A stretch of 62,619 bases of DNA, filler included, from Collodictyon triciliatum (lineage: Eukaryota): the NCBI GenBank assembly GCA_043381765.1. It is 8 parts of 8 records of this genome, joined end to end, with 100 filler letters (N's around TTAATTAATTAA, not from the genome) between each part and the next. Parts side by side here need not be neighbours in the genome. Positions count along the whole stretch, not along the records: positions 1 to 9,417 come from JBHJMP010003022.1; positions 9,518 to 18,933 come from JBHJMP010003023.1; 6 more parts are not named here. The stretch is one strand, 5' to 3'. Numbering within the stretch: position 1 is the first letter of the stretch; each line of letters opens with the position of its first letter. Below, in pieces: positions 1 to 13,239 of this stretch. Position numbers and translations under genes: made by a program. The notes below the pieces were generated by a model that saw only the letters and a list, made by a program, of their open reading frames with translations, had not been told where the DNA came from and searched no databases.

Positions 1-2
1 TT

Positions 3-1732
3 GTCCAAGTTGCAGATGCGTCCGTGTCGTCTGAGAAGCGTGGTGTGACTGCAGCTGCAGTGTCTCATAGCAATAATCCACAGGGCGGCGGAGGGTCGGG
101 CGCTCATCCCAACGGCGGCACCGCTCCTCAGTCCGCTAGAGACAAGACCATTGCACATCTGAATCCAGGGTTCGTGGTTGTCATAGGAGGTAAGAATGGG
201 CTCGATTTTGGCATTTATCCTGCCAGCTTGCTGGTTCATGCACCCCAGGGACGCCAGATAGTGACTCTGGCCGGCGTGCGGAAGGGCTTTCGTGTCGTGA
301 GGCACGCTGGCGAATGGAGGTCTGGCCACGAAGACGGAGGTTCTGGGAACATCGGTACGATTGTGGATATTGACGCGGATGCAGATGAGCACGGCCGTGC
401 AGGGAGGGTGGCTGTGAAGTGGAAAGGCGAGCCTGTCTGGCACATGATTGGCAAAGGGGATGTCCACGAGTTACAGTATGCAGAAAGCCCATATGAGGCG
501 GTCGCTTGGAGCCCGCCCACGGGAATAGCTTCTGGCGTTGCTCCGACTTCAACCTCAGGAAAGTCTACATTGGCCGACATCGGCGTCGGCGCTGTGAGCG
601 TGGGTGACCTCGTCTATCTGACCGATGATTATGAGCATCACGCAGATGCAAAGTCCGGCCCTCTAGTGCCAGGAAATGTCGGGCGCATCGTGCAAATCGA
701 ACAGTCTTCGACTCAGCCATTCTTTGTGGAGCACGACAAGCGCAAGTACTGGTACATGGGCCAGGCTCTGATTCGCCTGCAGCAGGAGCCGATCAACGAG
801 GAAAACTCCGCACCAAACACGCGTGTCATGCGAGGCGCCGACTGGAAATGGCAGGACCAGGACGGAGGCTTTGGGAAGACGGGATTCATCACAGGCCCGT
901 CGTCCAGAGGCTGGGTCAATGTCGAATGGGACTCTGGTTCGCGCAACTCGTACCGCGCTGGTGGCGAGGGCAAGTGTGATCTGATCCGCGCGCCAGAAAA
1001 GCCCAAGTAAGGCATTCGCCTTCATTTCCGCACGCCCACACAAAGGCATATACATATATATATGCATATCTATATCTGTTGTTATGTGCGCGATGTACTT
1101 TGCTACATACTTCTACGAGTTTTAATGGATTCTGCACGCACGACAGCGGCGGCCGGGGCAACGGGCGGATGCCGGAAGGGACGCTGGTGGTCCTCTCTGA
1201 AAAGTTCGAGTCGTACAGCGACGCAGCCCAGGGCCCGCTGAAGCCTGGCGATGTTGGCATCGTCAATCGCGATGATGGGTCGTCCAAGCCGTACCAGGTC
1301 AAGGCAGAGAGCGGCGCCACGTGGTGGTACGACCCCAAGGCCATCGAGCGGGCTCCCCCTGGGTCGGTGCCGTCTGCAGGCCTCCTCTCCGGGCTGTCGC
1401 CTGCGGCCTTGGCTGTGGTTGCGGCGTCGGTATCGGCATCCTCGTCTTCATCCGCCTCCGGCCGTCGAGCCAAGGTGGCGGCTGCATCGTCCACATCTGC
1501 TTCCACATCTGCTCCTGCTGCCCCAGGCGGCCGCGTCACAAGCGAGAACGCCTCGAAGGATGCCCGTGTTCGGCGTGGGTGCCATTGGATGTGGGACGAC
1601 CAGGACGGGTACGGTATCGGCCGCCTGGTCAGCTCCAAGGACAGCGGCTGGTGGGAGGTCGCGTGGGAGAGCGGAGGCCGCAACAGCTACCGCGTCGGGG
1701 TCGATGGCGCCTACGACCTTGTCTTTGCTTGA
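3..1732 (+). CDS. MIB/HERC2-domain repeat protein (5'-truncated); exons <3-1006 and 1147-1732
   Basis: Three MIB/HERC2-like motifs (RVVRHAGEWRSGHEDGG; RVMRGADWKWQDQDGG...VEWDSGSRNSYRAG; RVRRGCHWMWDDQDG...WESGGRNSYRVG) alternate with a second repeated SH3-like unit (GPLVPGNVGRIV / GPLKPGDVGIVN). GT-AG intron 1007-1146 joins ORFs 24..1010 and 1079..1732 in frame (AA|C). The frame is open from the contig start. Confidence 0.8.
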
Positions 1733-2656
1733 TGAGGCTGCTCTCTTTGACCTCCACTTTTTCTCTCTCCCCGCTCTGTTCCTCTCATGTTGCAGGCGTC
1801 GTCTTGAAGTCTGCTTGCCTCGTTTTCTATAAACAAGCTCTCCCAAGTTTGCTGCGCTCGTGCGAAAAAAAATGATTCCAACTTGGTTTCTTTGTTCAAT
1901 TCTTTTTTTTTTTTTTCCTCTCTGTTGGATTGGGTGCGTGATACTCGGCCCATTGCTGATGGAGTCTGCCTTGTAATACTTGGATGTAACTCGCCGTTGA
2001 TCTCGCAACTTTCTCCCATTCAAGTAAACAAACTTTTGTGATTTAAACAGAAAATGAATGATGAATCATTATTTGGCAAACGAGGCCCGAACGCCAGAAA
2101 CTCCATTGTATGACGAATTGACACGTCATCGCGCGTCAGTCAGGATATTCCAGAATTGTGCACTCGAACAAATAAGCCAGTCACCCGCCCACAAACGGAT
2201 GTGGCTGTTGAACGGAAAAAGCACACGCTATTTATAGAGGCAAGGCCTGATGACGCAACATATCACCCAACAACCAAGGAATAGCGACAAAAGCAAAAGC
2301 GGGGGCACCGAGCATATGTATATGTAAAGGAAACGGGCCATTGGCACAGTCGAACGCAATCAAACCCACAATTCGCAATACACAAACCCGCACAAAGAGA
2401 AACCCCACAATGTTAAGTTGGAGGCGCAGAGCACACAATACACAATACAGAGCCCAGGCACAGAGGTGGCGTGCTTATATGTGGCCGACAATTCGTGTAG
2501 TGAGAAGTGAGAGAGATTGGAACCATGAATTGCGACGGAGTTGGCGGAATGCGCGAGTTGTGAGCGTGCAGCTCCTGTTCCTGAACTTGGCTTGTCTGTG
2601 ACATGTAGCCCAGAGCAAGGGGAGGAGGTATTTAAAAATAATACGAAGAAGGTGCT

Positions 2657-2777
2657 ATGAGGATTTCTTCACCGCTACATACACTGCTATGTGTAACTGT
2701 GTTTCTAATACTAAATAACAGAGGTAATAATTAATTTTTTGTTTACTTTTAATTTTAATTTATTATTACTATTATTG

Positions 2778-2875
<98 letters not shown>

Positions 2876-5048
2876 GTTTTTTCTTATTTCTTTTTATACG
2901 AGCGAAAAGACGATGCTTTGTATCCAGCTGGTAAATCAAGCTCATCTCTGTCCAGATGTCGCTGGCGCTGCGTTGGTCAATCCTGCTGACTATCAGTGCC
3001 ATGGGACAGCTCTCGGCAATCTTGACTTGTACTGGACGGTAGACGAACCTGTATGATTTCTCTAGGCGAACGATACCATATGAATTATATTAATATATGT
3101 TGATATGAAAACTTCAAGACTTTCAGGAGAAACGTATGTTACTCTTTTTTAAAGTAAACAAAGAATTTGTTACGACTCTTTTCCAGAGTGGAGTTATAAA
3201 CATCGGATTCACCGGGAAAACCTCTGGTTGGATTGGTGTTGGCTTTGATGCGGGGAAGAAAATGGTCGGCGCGGACATTATCATGGGCTCTGTCCAGAGC
3301 GGAACCGTGGCGGTATTATATTGCCTTCTGCCACCTTGGTTTTGTATCTTCTTTCTTTTATTCCATCCACGTCAGCCTTAACTTCTTTCTTTTCTCCTTT
3401 ATTCGATTCAAAGTACCTCAATTCTTTCTATCAATAACGTATTACCATTACGTCCCAACAACTATCATAATCATAATATCATATGGCTATCCCAGGCAAA
3501 ACAACAGAGACGGATAATGTTTTATTTAGAACTAAGATCTTTATGCAATTCTTGCTTTAGCATACAAATTGTTAAAGGAAAAGAAGCTATATCGTCTCTG
3601 TTATCCTATGACAGCTCAAACTCATAACTACCTGCATATTTGTGTTAAACCATCGCCTTATCATTTTCGTAGTTCTTCCAAGGAAAAGCGCACTCAAATA
3701 ATAAACCTGATGCTTTTAATGGAGATGCGATTGCTATCGATTACACTGTAGAGAACGCAAATGGTCTCACGTCGCTTAAGTTCAAAAGAATAATCGCTCC
3801 AACCGCAGCTGACACTGTGGATCTGACAAACAAACTCGACGGGGTCAGCATCATCTTTGCATATGCTGGCTCTCCCGACATTTCTCGTCAACACAGCGTA
3901 AGATGTCGCCGTCTCACCCCACAACACTTCCTCCTTATATTATTTCCTTCTTTTGTGGCACCCAATAGTACTTCTTGCGAGCGATGTTCCCTATATTTCT
4001 TCTTTCTTTTTTTATTTGACATTTTCTTATCAACAGAGCACGGCCAGCGGATCAATCAACTTCCGAGGCTGCTCCCTCTCCGCTGGAAGCAACAAAGCCC
4101 AACAAAATCACGGTATTCTGATGCTTATTTCGTGGGGGTTTCTTGTTCCTTTGGCAATCATCATAGCTCGATTCTTCAAATGGATTGGGCATTTATGGTA
4201 GGCGTCGTCTATATTCCTTGTTCACTCACAAAATTAATACATGATTCGTCAGAATCAATCCCACATGACATAGCCGAGCAGTGATAAGAAAAAAAACACC
4301 CACCCCTACTTTTTTTTTTTGTTACTCTAATCAGGTATCAGCTTCATTTCGGCCTGTTACTTATTGCATGTGGCTTATCCATCGCTGGAGTGGCAATTAT
4401 AATAAATGATGCCGGAGGCTCCATCGACACAGGAGACAAAACCGTCCTTGCGCACGCTGTGATTGGTTTGATTGGGTTTGGGCTTATGCTAATGCAGCCA
4501 TTCATCGGATTCTACGCAGACTATGTGTACGACCCCAAGCGAAATGAGGTAATTATAATCGAAGTAATCCAATGTGACTTTCCTTACTCTCCATCGACCT
4601 CTGTACTTTTCTCTCATTTTTTTTTTTTTTTTTAGTAATATCACATTACAAATCAAATCCAAAAGATTCCGTTCTGGCCTGACAAAGTCCACTGGATTTT
4701 CGGAAGAACATCTTATCTTCTTGCCACAGTCGCAGTTTGTATCGGGCTCAAGTTGATTTCCGGAAACGCTGCCTGGTATGTATCTTATTTCCCACTCGTG
4801 CGGTCAAACAAGCCAAGCCCACCCACAGAAATCAGGGTGACAGCGAGTGTTCAAAGTTAATGTCTATCAACCCTGCTCTGACATCACAGCTTGCACTTGC
4901 CTCTCCCTGATAAATCACGTCACTCAGGTACATATCGTATATTGTCGTCACTGGCATCTTCATCTTGACTTGGATTGGCCTTTCTGCAAAGTATGGAGCC
5001 AACCCAGCGCACGAAGTGGAGATGCAACCGAAGGCCCCTGGTGCGTAG
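2657..5048 (+). CDS. DOMON + cytochrome b561 (ferric-chelate reductase/FRRS1-like) membrane protein, about 8 exons
   Basis: Signal-peptide-like exon MRISSPLHTLLCVTVFLIL. DOMON motif GWIGVGF...MVGADIIMG. b561 heme-His motifs HGILMLISWG, WYQLH, AHAVIG, KVHWIFGR. GT-AG introns keep frame; stop TAG 5046-5048. Confidence 0.85.
2759..2876 (+). repeat. (TTA)n intronic microsatellite
   Basis: Direct reading; inside intron 1 of the DOMON-b561 gene. Confidence 0.95.
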
Positions 5049-5458
5049 GCACCAAAGCCATGGCAGAAGTGGGAGCTGCAGCTGCTTCTCCCTTGCAATA
5101 AATCATCCTCGCGCTTACGACGTTCCCCAACCACATCGATGTTTTCCCTTCCCTCTGATGCATCTTTGCGCCTCTCTACTGCACCCATGAGAAGAGCCGC
5201 GTTGGAGGTAGCGGAATGGAAAGAAAAGAAACAAACAAAATAAAAAGGAAAAGGGAGAAGGAAAAAGGAAAAAGGGAGTCATCTGCCCGCTTTAACCATC
5301 AACAAGCCGTGTTGGTGTGGTGGCGGATCAAAACTGCTTCAGCGATGAAAAGAAAAGAAAAATGGAAAAAGAAATAGGAATAGAAATAGAAGCAAGAGAA
5401 CAGCGATTGATAGTAGCCTTTATACATACTTATCTCAAGCAACACGCAGACCCGAGGG

Positions 5459-5831
5459 ATGGCGCAAAACAAAGGTTTTCGGCAACACATCTACAGCCTC
5501 CTGTCAGACGATGATGAATACGCGGAGGTTGGAGAAGGCGGCGAGACCGGGTATGAGAGCGAATCAACCACAAACGCTACGGGCGAGCCTGTGTGGATTC
5601 CAAGCACAGAAACATCTGCGGTTACTTCAACAACAATCGGGCTGCCTACTTCCTACCAACAGAAAACAACGCTCCCCAACTATCGCCGCAATACACGGCA
5701 TTCTCCGCTGTCTACCCTGGAGGTTGGGATGGCCCATATACTAAAGACCATTGTGGGCGTGGGGTTTCTCTCCTTGCCGTTTTGCTTCAAGGTTGGTCGC
5801 TACTGTTTCTAGATTGAAAGAAAAGAACGAG

Positions 5832-5891
<60 letters not shown>

Positions 5892-8800
5892 AAGAAACGC
5901 ATCGAATACGGCCGCAAAGAAACCACTCTTGTCTCGTTAATTCATGTTTGATAGTGGGAATGAATTGTTTTCATAACATAACCTATAATAGAAGTGCCGA
6001 GAAATAGACATTTAATTTTTGGAGAAGGTCATTGAAGATATATATGTATATTAGTTGAGTGTGTTGGGATATTTATATATTTTTAAGAGTTTTTATTTTC
6101 AAAAAAATGAACATGAATGAGATCCTTTTTGTTTCAAAGGAATTTATCAAGTGGGTTTACTATCACCTCATGAGCTCTATTTTTTTTTTTTTTTGGTCAG
6201 TATGAGGCCACTGGATAACCATCCCATTAGTGTTTAACAAATATACCAGAAAGTAGGTATTGCGATAGGATGTTATCTTCTGATATTCATAGCATCCGCT
6301 ACAAAATACTCCATGTACCTTCTTCATAAATGCTGCTGCTATGTCGATGGAGTTTCATATAGTCAAGTAACATTATTTTTGCCCTAAGAAGAAAATTGGA
6401 AATAACGAACTATTTATAAGATATACCCAACCAATAAAGTAACATCATTATCAATTAAAACTTGTATCCTATCTTTGTCTTTGAATTATTTTGATTTATG
6501 GTAAAATTTTAAATCCGTGCAACCATAGTGCCGTATGATTAATATTCATTAATATGAAAAGGTTGTTGCAGAGGCCCTAAGAAGTCGTCGTGCTGGGCTC
6601 CTTGTCGATGTTATCCATATAGCGCAAGGATTTGGAGTGAGTTCAGCTGTATTCACTAGTAAGAATTTTTAAAGTAGACTTGGAATAGTAAATAAGAGCT
6701 TTCTTTCCCTCTGATATTTAAACGATATCGTCAAGGGCGGACAACTGCAAAAAAAAAAAGTGCGTTTTTCCCATTTATGCAAGGTGGAGATTATTTGCTC
6801 CCAGTTACCTTTAATATGATATTCGACTCATTTTGGTTTATCTTTATACAACAGTAATTAAATCATCCATTAATGATTTCATCCATGTGGTGGATGGTGA
6901 TTCTGACTTCTTCAGCAAAATGTCCTCGAGGCCAGATTTAGTCATTTTGTCGTTTTTCGCTGTATGTTTCGTGGTTCAAATCAATATCATAGAAGTTGGT
7001 TTCCTTTATTTTATTTTTTGTGAGATATATAAGAATACATTCAATAGGTTTTAATCTTTGGATTGAGCATGATACCTACCTTCAATACACTCAAATATGC
7101 CTCCATATCGGGGATATTTTGTGTTTTAATTTTTTTTATATTTGCATTGGTGGAATTTGCGCTCTCTGATATATCTATTCCAAGAGATGTGACAACTGTG
7201 AGTTTATTGTTTCTAGTCCTCAATATGAATGACAAATTTTGAGGACTTTACGATGTGCTATATTTATATGAAAATTTCCTTTTAGCCTGAAGGAATAACT
7301 GATGTCATAACAACTATACCAGTGATGCTCTTCACCTTTTGTTTTAGCACTCAAGTATGTCCCTATCCACAATATTATTTCCAGCAAACAATGAATCAAT
7401 CGTATGCAAGTCAGTTGGATTTAAAAATATATTTTTCTCTTATTTTTTTTAGTTCGTTCCAATCTACTCAGAACTTCAACGACCCGTGTCTGATTCCAAC
7501 GCGAAAAGAATGCTGACATTACCAATTCTGGCATCTTTATGTATTGATTTGTCTCATTCAAACCCACCTATGCCATTAATTACTGCGGTCACTTTGAATG
7601 AACAACTGATATGCGCTTACTGATTTTGTCCATATCCTACAATTTTTGTGTCCTTTTTCTCATTTTGCAAAGTATTTATATAGTTGGCCTTCTTTTAATT
7701 ATGTGTGTTATGCATCAGGAAGAGATTAGTGCGTATATTTACTATCTTTTTACTAATCAATTACATGTACAATATGCGGAACAGGTGTGTATTTCTTCTT
7801 CTGCAGCATGACATACTTCAGATTTGGAGGTATACATATACTCTAACTCAATTTCATCATATTTCCATTGGTTGTGATGAATTGCCTCTTATCTTACCTT
7901 TTATTTGGATAGAACTCATATCTGAATGCATTTTAGCTCATAGTCATCATATAAATAATTTATAGCTGATATTAAGGAGAATATATTGCAAAACTACACA
8001 CCAGACACAGACGGCATTCAACTGGGAACTATAAGTTTAGGTTACTTATTCATAGATCAACTCTTATAATAAATCTTGTAAAATAAAAAAATAATATATA
8101 TAGGATATTCATCCATCTGTAAATAAAATCTAGTAATAATGAAAATATGCTTTACTAATATGCAGGCTTAATGCATGCATTATTTCTCGTCATGGTAGTA
8201 CTATCATTACCGCTATTCTTCAATCCCGTCATTTTGCCCATTTACATCCTTTGGAATTCAGCCAGGGAAACCCCCAGCCCGAGACTCTCTGTATTCTTGC
8301 TTCTATATCAAACCAAGCTATTATTTTTTGCTGATAAGTAACTGTGAATCCCAAAAAAAAAAAATGTAATTAGTCAACCATGGGCACATTCTCATAGGAT
8401 TTTAACACTATTATTAAATATATGTATATATATAGAATGGAAACCCTTCCTTGAACAGTGGATATTATTCCAAGAGGCGAGCAGTTCCAATAAAAGAGAA
8501 AGCAATCATCGCATTTATTTCAATATCTCTTGCATGTGGCGTTGCGATGAGTGGGCTCGGATTGATAAATGTGAGTTTTTCTATGCTTTACATTTATAAC
8601 TTTCAGATGTTATGACATAGTTTATCCTACAATTTTAGAAATTTTCAGAAAGCACTATGATATATTGGTATATTTATTACGAGTTATGCTTTCAGTTTTG
8701 CTTTCAAATGAATTTTATTTTGATACTTCGAAACAGATCTTCGTGCTAACAGGCTCATTGGCAACGGCACCAATAACTTTCATTATCCCAGCATACACAT

Positions 8801-9069
8801 ACACCAAAACAATGCCTCAAGTACCCTGTTTTTATTGCATCTTTTTTTGAAGTCCCAGCAACACCATTAAAAAAAAAAATTTTTCTTGCTTTTATTTAAT
8901 TAATGGATTTATGTGGAATGAATCGAAGTAATATTGATACGAATACTACATATCTTGCATACTGCAGGTTCCTATGAAGGAAAAGTTATCTCCTTACATG
9001 CTACTTGCCTTTGGTATGCTTGTGTCCGTGTACTCTACGGTTTTCATTATAAGAGAAGTCATAGAGTAG
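5459..9069 (+). CDS. Amino-acid permease (Aa_trans / SLC38-SLC36-like), about 13 exons
   Basis: HILKTIVGVGFLSLPFCFK, IPVMLFTFCFSTQFVPIYSEL, DIKENILQNY, LTGSLATAPITFIIPA. Many hydrophobic exons joined in frame by GT-AG introns; stop TAG 9067-9069. Confidence 0.85.
5833..5890 (+). repeat. (CAA)n intronic microsatellite
   Basis: Direct reading; inside intron 1 of the permease gene. Confidence 0.95.
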
Positions 9070-9417
9070 TGAAAAAGGGGAGAAAACTCATTAAATCTGC
9101 ACCAGTACCCTCTGTTTGTATCCTGCAGGTCTCTGGGAGTGAGCCTAGGAACAAACTATTTTAAATTCATTCATCATTCAACATTAGTTTCATATCACAT
9201 CGGGAATCACTTATGAAAAAATAATATGAAACGTATTATCCGGCCCGCAGCAATTTATCTATTGTCTGTTTGTTTTTGTTTGTTTTTGTTTGTTTTTGTT
9301 TGTTTTTGTTTGTTTGTTTTTGTTTTTATTTGTTTGTTTTTATTTGTTTGTTTTTATTTGTTTGTTTTTATTTGTTTGTTTTTATTTGTTTGTTTTTATT
9401 TGTTTGTTTTTATTTGT

Positions 9418-9517
9418 NNNNNNNNNNNNNNNNNNNNNNNNNNNNNNNNNNNNNNNNNNNNTTAATTAATTAANNNNNNNNNNNNNNNNNNNNNNNNNNN
9501 NNNNNNNNNNNNNNNNN
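9418..9517. other. Artificial contig spacer N44-TTAATTAATTAA-N44 (also at 18934-19033, 28444-28543, 37953-38052, 47461-47560, 56970-57069, 60518-60617)
   Basis: The identical 100-nt block, with stops in all six frames, occurs seven times, and genes are truncated at these points. Confidence 0.97.
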
Positions 9518-9882
9518 TTTTTATTCTTTTTTATTCTTTTTTATTCTGTTCTTTTGTTCTTTTGTTCTTTTGTTCTTTTGTTCTTTTGTTCTTTTGTTCT
9601 TTTGTTCTTTTGTTCTTTTGTTCTTTTGTTCTTTTGTTCTTTTGTTCTTTTGTTCTTTTGTTCTTTGGAGAGCCCATCGATATTTATATACCTCTCTTGT
9701 ATGATACCGACTAATTGACTTAATAATGCAGCGATGAAAAGAGAAAAAAGTGCATAAGAATCTCATTTTCTTTTCACTTGGGAGTGCGCTGTGATGCTAT
9801 CACATGGCTTTTCGAACTATTCCCTCTTTTCCATGCCTCGTTCTAAAAAAACTGTTTTTTTATTTTACAACACTGGACAAGG

Positions 9883-12800
9883 ATGAGTCGCAAAACACCG
9901 ATTAAGCTCAAGGATGAACTTTCGCTACTGTTAACCTCATCAGCGGGGCATAGGAAGGTCGGTTCAATTCCTTCGTATTTATTAATGAGTTATTAATGAG
10001 TTTTTTCTTTTTTTTTTTTTTTAGTTTTTTTTTTATGAGGGTTTTGATGGGGTATTAATGGATGTTTAATGAATCACTTTTTTTTTTTTGTATTTTGTAG
10101 ACCTCCTTTGTTCAATAGTGTTTAAAGACTATCCCTTCATGTTAGCAATCAACACCAAATGAGCATTCTTTACGCATGGAGTATTTGCGACCAACGCCAA
10201 CGAGAAGCAACATCGGCCCGGAAAATGATTTCAGAAATATACTTGATGCTTTAAATGCATTTGAGGAGAAAGCAACTCCAGTGAAAAAGAGCGCAAAAAA
10301 ATCGTCAGTTCAATCGACTGTATTCCGGGCATGGCAGATAAAGTATAACATAATACTCTTCCAATTTTCCAGCATACGCAACACTTGTTTATTTCGTATG
10401 ATTCTTTAACCATTAGATTATGTTTATATTTTAAATGTTTAGTCATTCCATTTAATGTCCATTTTTATCACTTTCGAAAACGGTCCAAATAAATCCGAGT
10501 TATTCCTTCTTTACATATCTATTTCATTAAGAAAAAATTAAGCATCTATACCGTGGAAAATGTTGATTTATATTTACATATTGCATTCATACTATTATCT
10601 AATGATTACTTTATATTGGAAAAGAACTGCCGAGAATAAAGCTCTCAGAGAACACGCCTTACGGACATGGACTCAAGCAATCGTACTTTGGGAGGTTACT
10701 TTTCTTTTCTTTTTTCTTCTTTTTACGATCAGAATGCATTAGTCATGATTTTGTATTCAAGAGAAATATATCCACATGAGCGTGAAAAATAGTAATAATA
10801 ACAATAATAATAATATAAACCATTTCAGATACATGCAAAGAAAAGAGTCATGAGACGTTTAAAATTAATTTTGAAAGACTCTCTGCGAAAAAAGGTAATG
10901 CTTCTTAAATACCTTATTTGCTTTGATGCTGCTACAGATTTCTTAATATAATTTAGTTTAATTAAGAAGCGTGAAATGTACTCACATCATAAATACATTT
11001 CATCACATACAGTCGCATTCGGATTCGTTTGGTCGAGTTCGCCTGCTGAAAAAATATATGGAGATTTGGATGAAAACAACAAAGTTGAACACAAAAGAAA
11101 AGATAAAAATATATCGCGCTGTTACTTTTTGGGGACAAAACATGATGAGGAAGCATTTCTGTAACTTTTAATTATTCATTTACACTCTTTGATACTCAAA
11201 ATGCACGAGACTTAAACGCATAACCTTCTGAAAATATTTATTTTTCTATAATTTAAATTTCTGATTTTATAACTATCGCTCATTAACAAGACACGTGGTT
11301 CCGTATTGCTCTTACAAAAAAAGAGAAAGTATGAAATATCCTTTTATTGTATTGAACAAACCAATAAATTCTTAAAAATTTCAACTTCTGATACTCAAAA
11401 AAAGCTTCTACTGTGACACTTTTAATAATTAAATAAAATAGAGAATCAAATATGTAACTGCCTCGTCAATGTACCTTAGTCATTTGATTTCTAAATCATT
11501 CAAGGTACTTTTTTGCCTTTTCTATTTGTAAAATACATACTATAATACTTATTGTTCTTGAATAAGAAGATTAAAAACATATTGAATTCGTTTTTGTGCT
11601 CGTGCAAGATTTGGTTACACTACAATAGCTCACAGAAAGTGAAAAGAAGCAGAAACCAAGCGGCTTTCGAATTCTACGTTAAGAAAATCTTGTCTCAATC
11701 GCTTAACAAATGGATCATATCCTCCCCTTTCTTTTCCTTTTTTTTTCTTTTGCCAGGACGGTCTGGCCATATTGCTGCTTTTTTTTCTTTACTTCCTCAT
11801 TTTCATACAAATATTCTGATTATAATTTGAATTCGCTCACTACAAAATTCTTTAACATAATTACGGATATACTCAACAACAATATTTAAAAAACCATGCG
11901 AAACAAGTTTCCTCGTACCATTATTCGATGAGAATCACAAAGACAACTTTCAAAGCATGGCTTTGGTTCAAGGCGTCTAAATCTAGAGAAAACAGTAAGT
12001 CTGTTGATTATATTTCCTTCTCCCTTATTGTCATCACTTGGAATAATATCTACATCGCGGAGCAATTTTAATATACAACCCTTTATTCTGCTTACTTTTA
12101 TATATCATATAGAAATAGTGCAATATTACCGAAAAAGGATGTTCTTTCTCTGTGCGAAGGCATTATTTAAAGAATGGAAGGGAAAAGCATTAGAATTGAG
12201 GGCTGTCAAATCCAATGAGGTCAGATAATGTTATTAAATCCACATATAATAATGGTGTTAAGACTAAACCCAATCCTTATGAAAACACAGAGGACAGCTG
12301 TTCTGCATTATGTCCGCTTTAGATTGCGGCAAGCTTTAAGAAACTGGATTTACTTTCTGAACCACAAAAACCACGAAAGAAGAAAGGCTGTAATCGCAGT
12401 ATCATTTTGGGCAAATAACAAACTTGTTTTTTATTTCGGTAATTATAATCATTGTATTGTTATTCGATCTTTTAACAAGACTGATAATGTGTTTCAATAT
12501 TCTTAAATTGCTTGAAATAAAGATTATTGGACCAAATGGACTCGTGAAAAACTAAGGAAGGTGCATATTAATCAAACTTTAATGTATCGCTTTAACGTCT
12601 ATACCTCTTGTTGTGAATATTTAACGTACCATAAAAATATTGTGTGCAGGAGAGATCACTCACCATTGCTGCTCGTCAATATGAAAGAGTTCTGAAAAGA
12701 AAATACGTCATGGTAACATTATTTCTCGTAGAGGTGTAGAATGTTCTTGTCACCATAAAATTTCCAAGCAACTCACAATCCACGGTTTTGAATAGGGATG

Positions 12801-13175
12801 GATTAATTTCTTATTAAAGAAAAGAAACACAGCCCGAAAAAATCAAGATGCTGCCAAATTTTATCGTTTTTCGATAATTTCGCACTCCATGGAAAAATGG
12901 ATTATATCCTATTATCATCGAAAGAGAAAAAAAAGCTCAATCATATTTTAGACTCGGTCCTGATATTTTTTCAGACGAAACTAGTATGCATAATCATATG
13001 AAATTCCTTTACAAATTCACTTCTATACAAGCCAAGTAAGAAGGATGAAAGAGGCCAGCAACATCGCTGATCATTTATGGAAATACAATTTTTTGAAAAA
13101 AATCGTCAACATGTGGTCACTTTATGCATCTAGAAAAGCGGAGTTGCGAAGTAAACTTGTATTTGACTAGCTGGA

Positions 13176-13239
<64 letters not shown>

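Noticed and set aside
2341-2630. ORF with an in-frame TGA (LACL*HVAQ) suggesting stop-codon reassignment or selenocysteine
   Set aside because: A better first exon exists at 2657-2723, and all genes splice without internal stops and use TGA, TAA and TAG as terminators.
9462-9473. Recurrent palindrome TTAATTAATTAA at about 9.5-kb spacing as a biological element
   Set aside because: It is always embedded in 44+44 Ns and is a six-frame-stop assembly linker.
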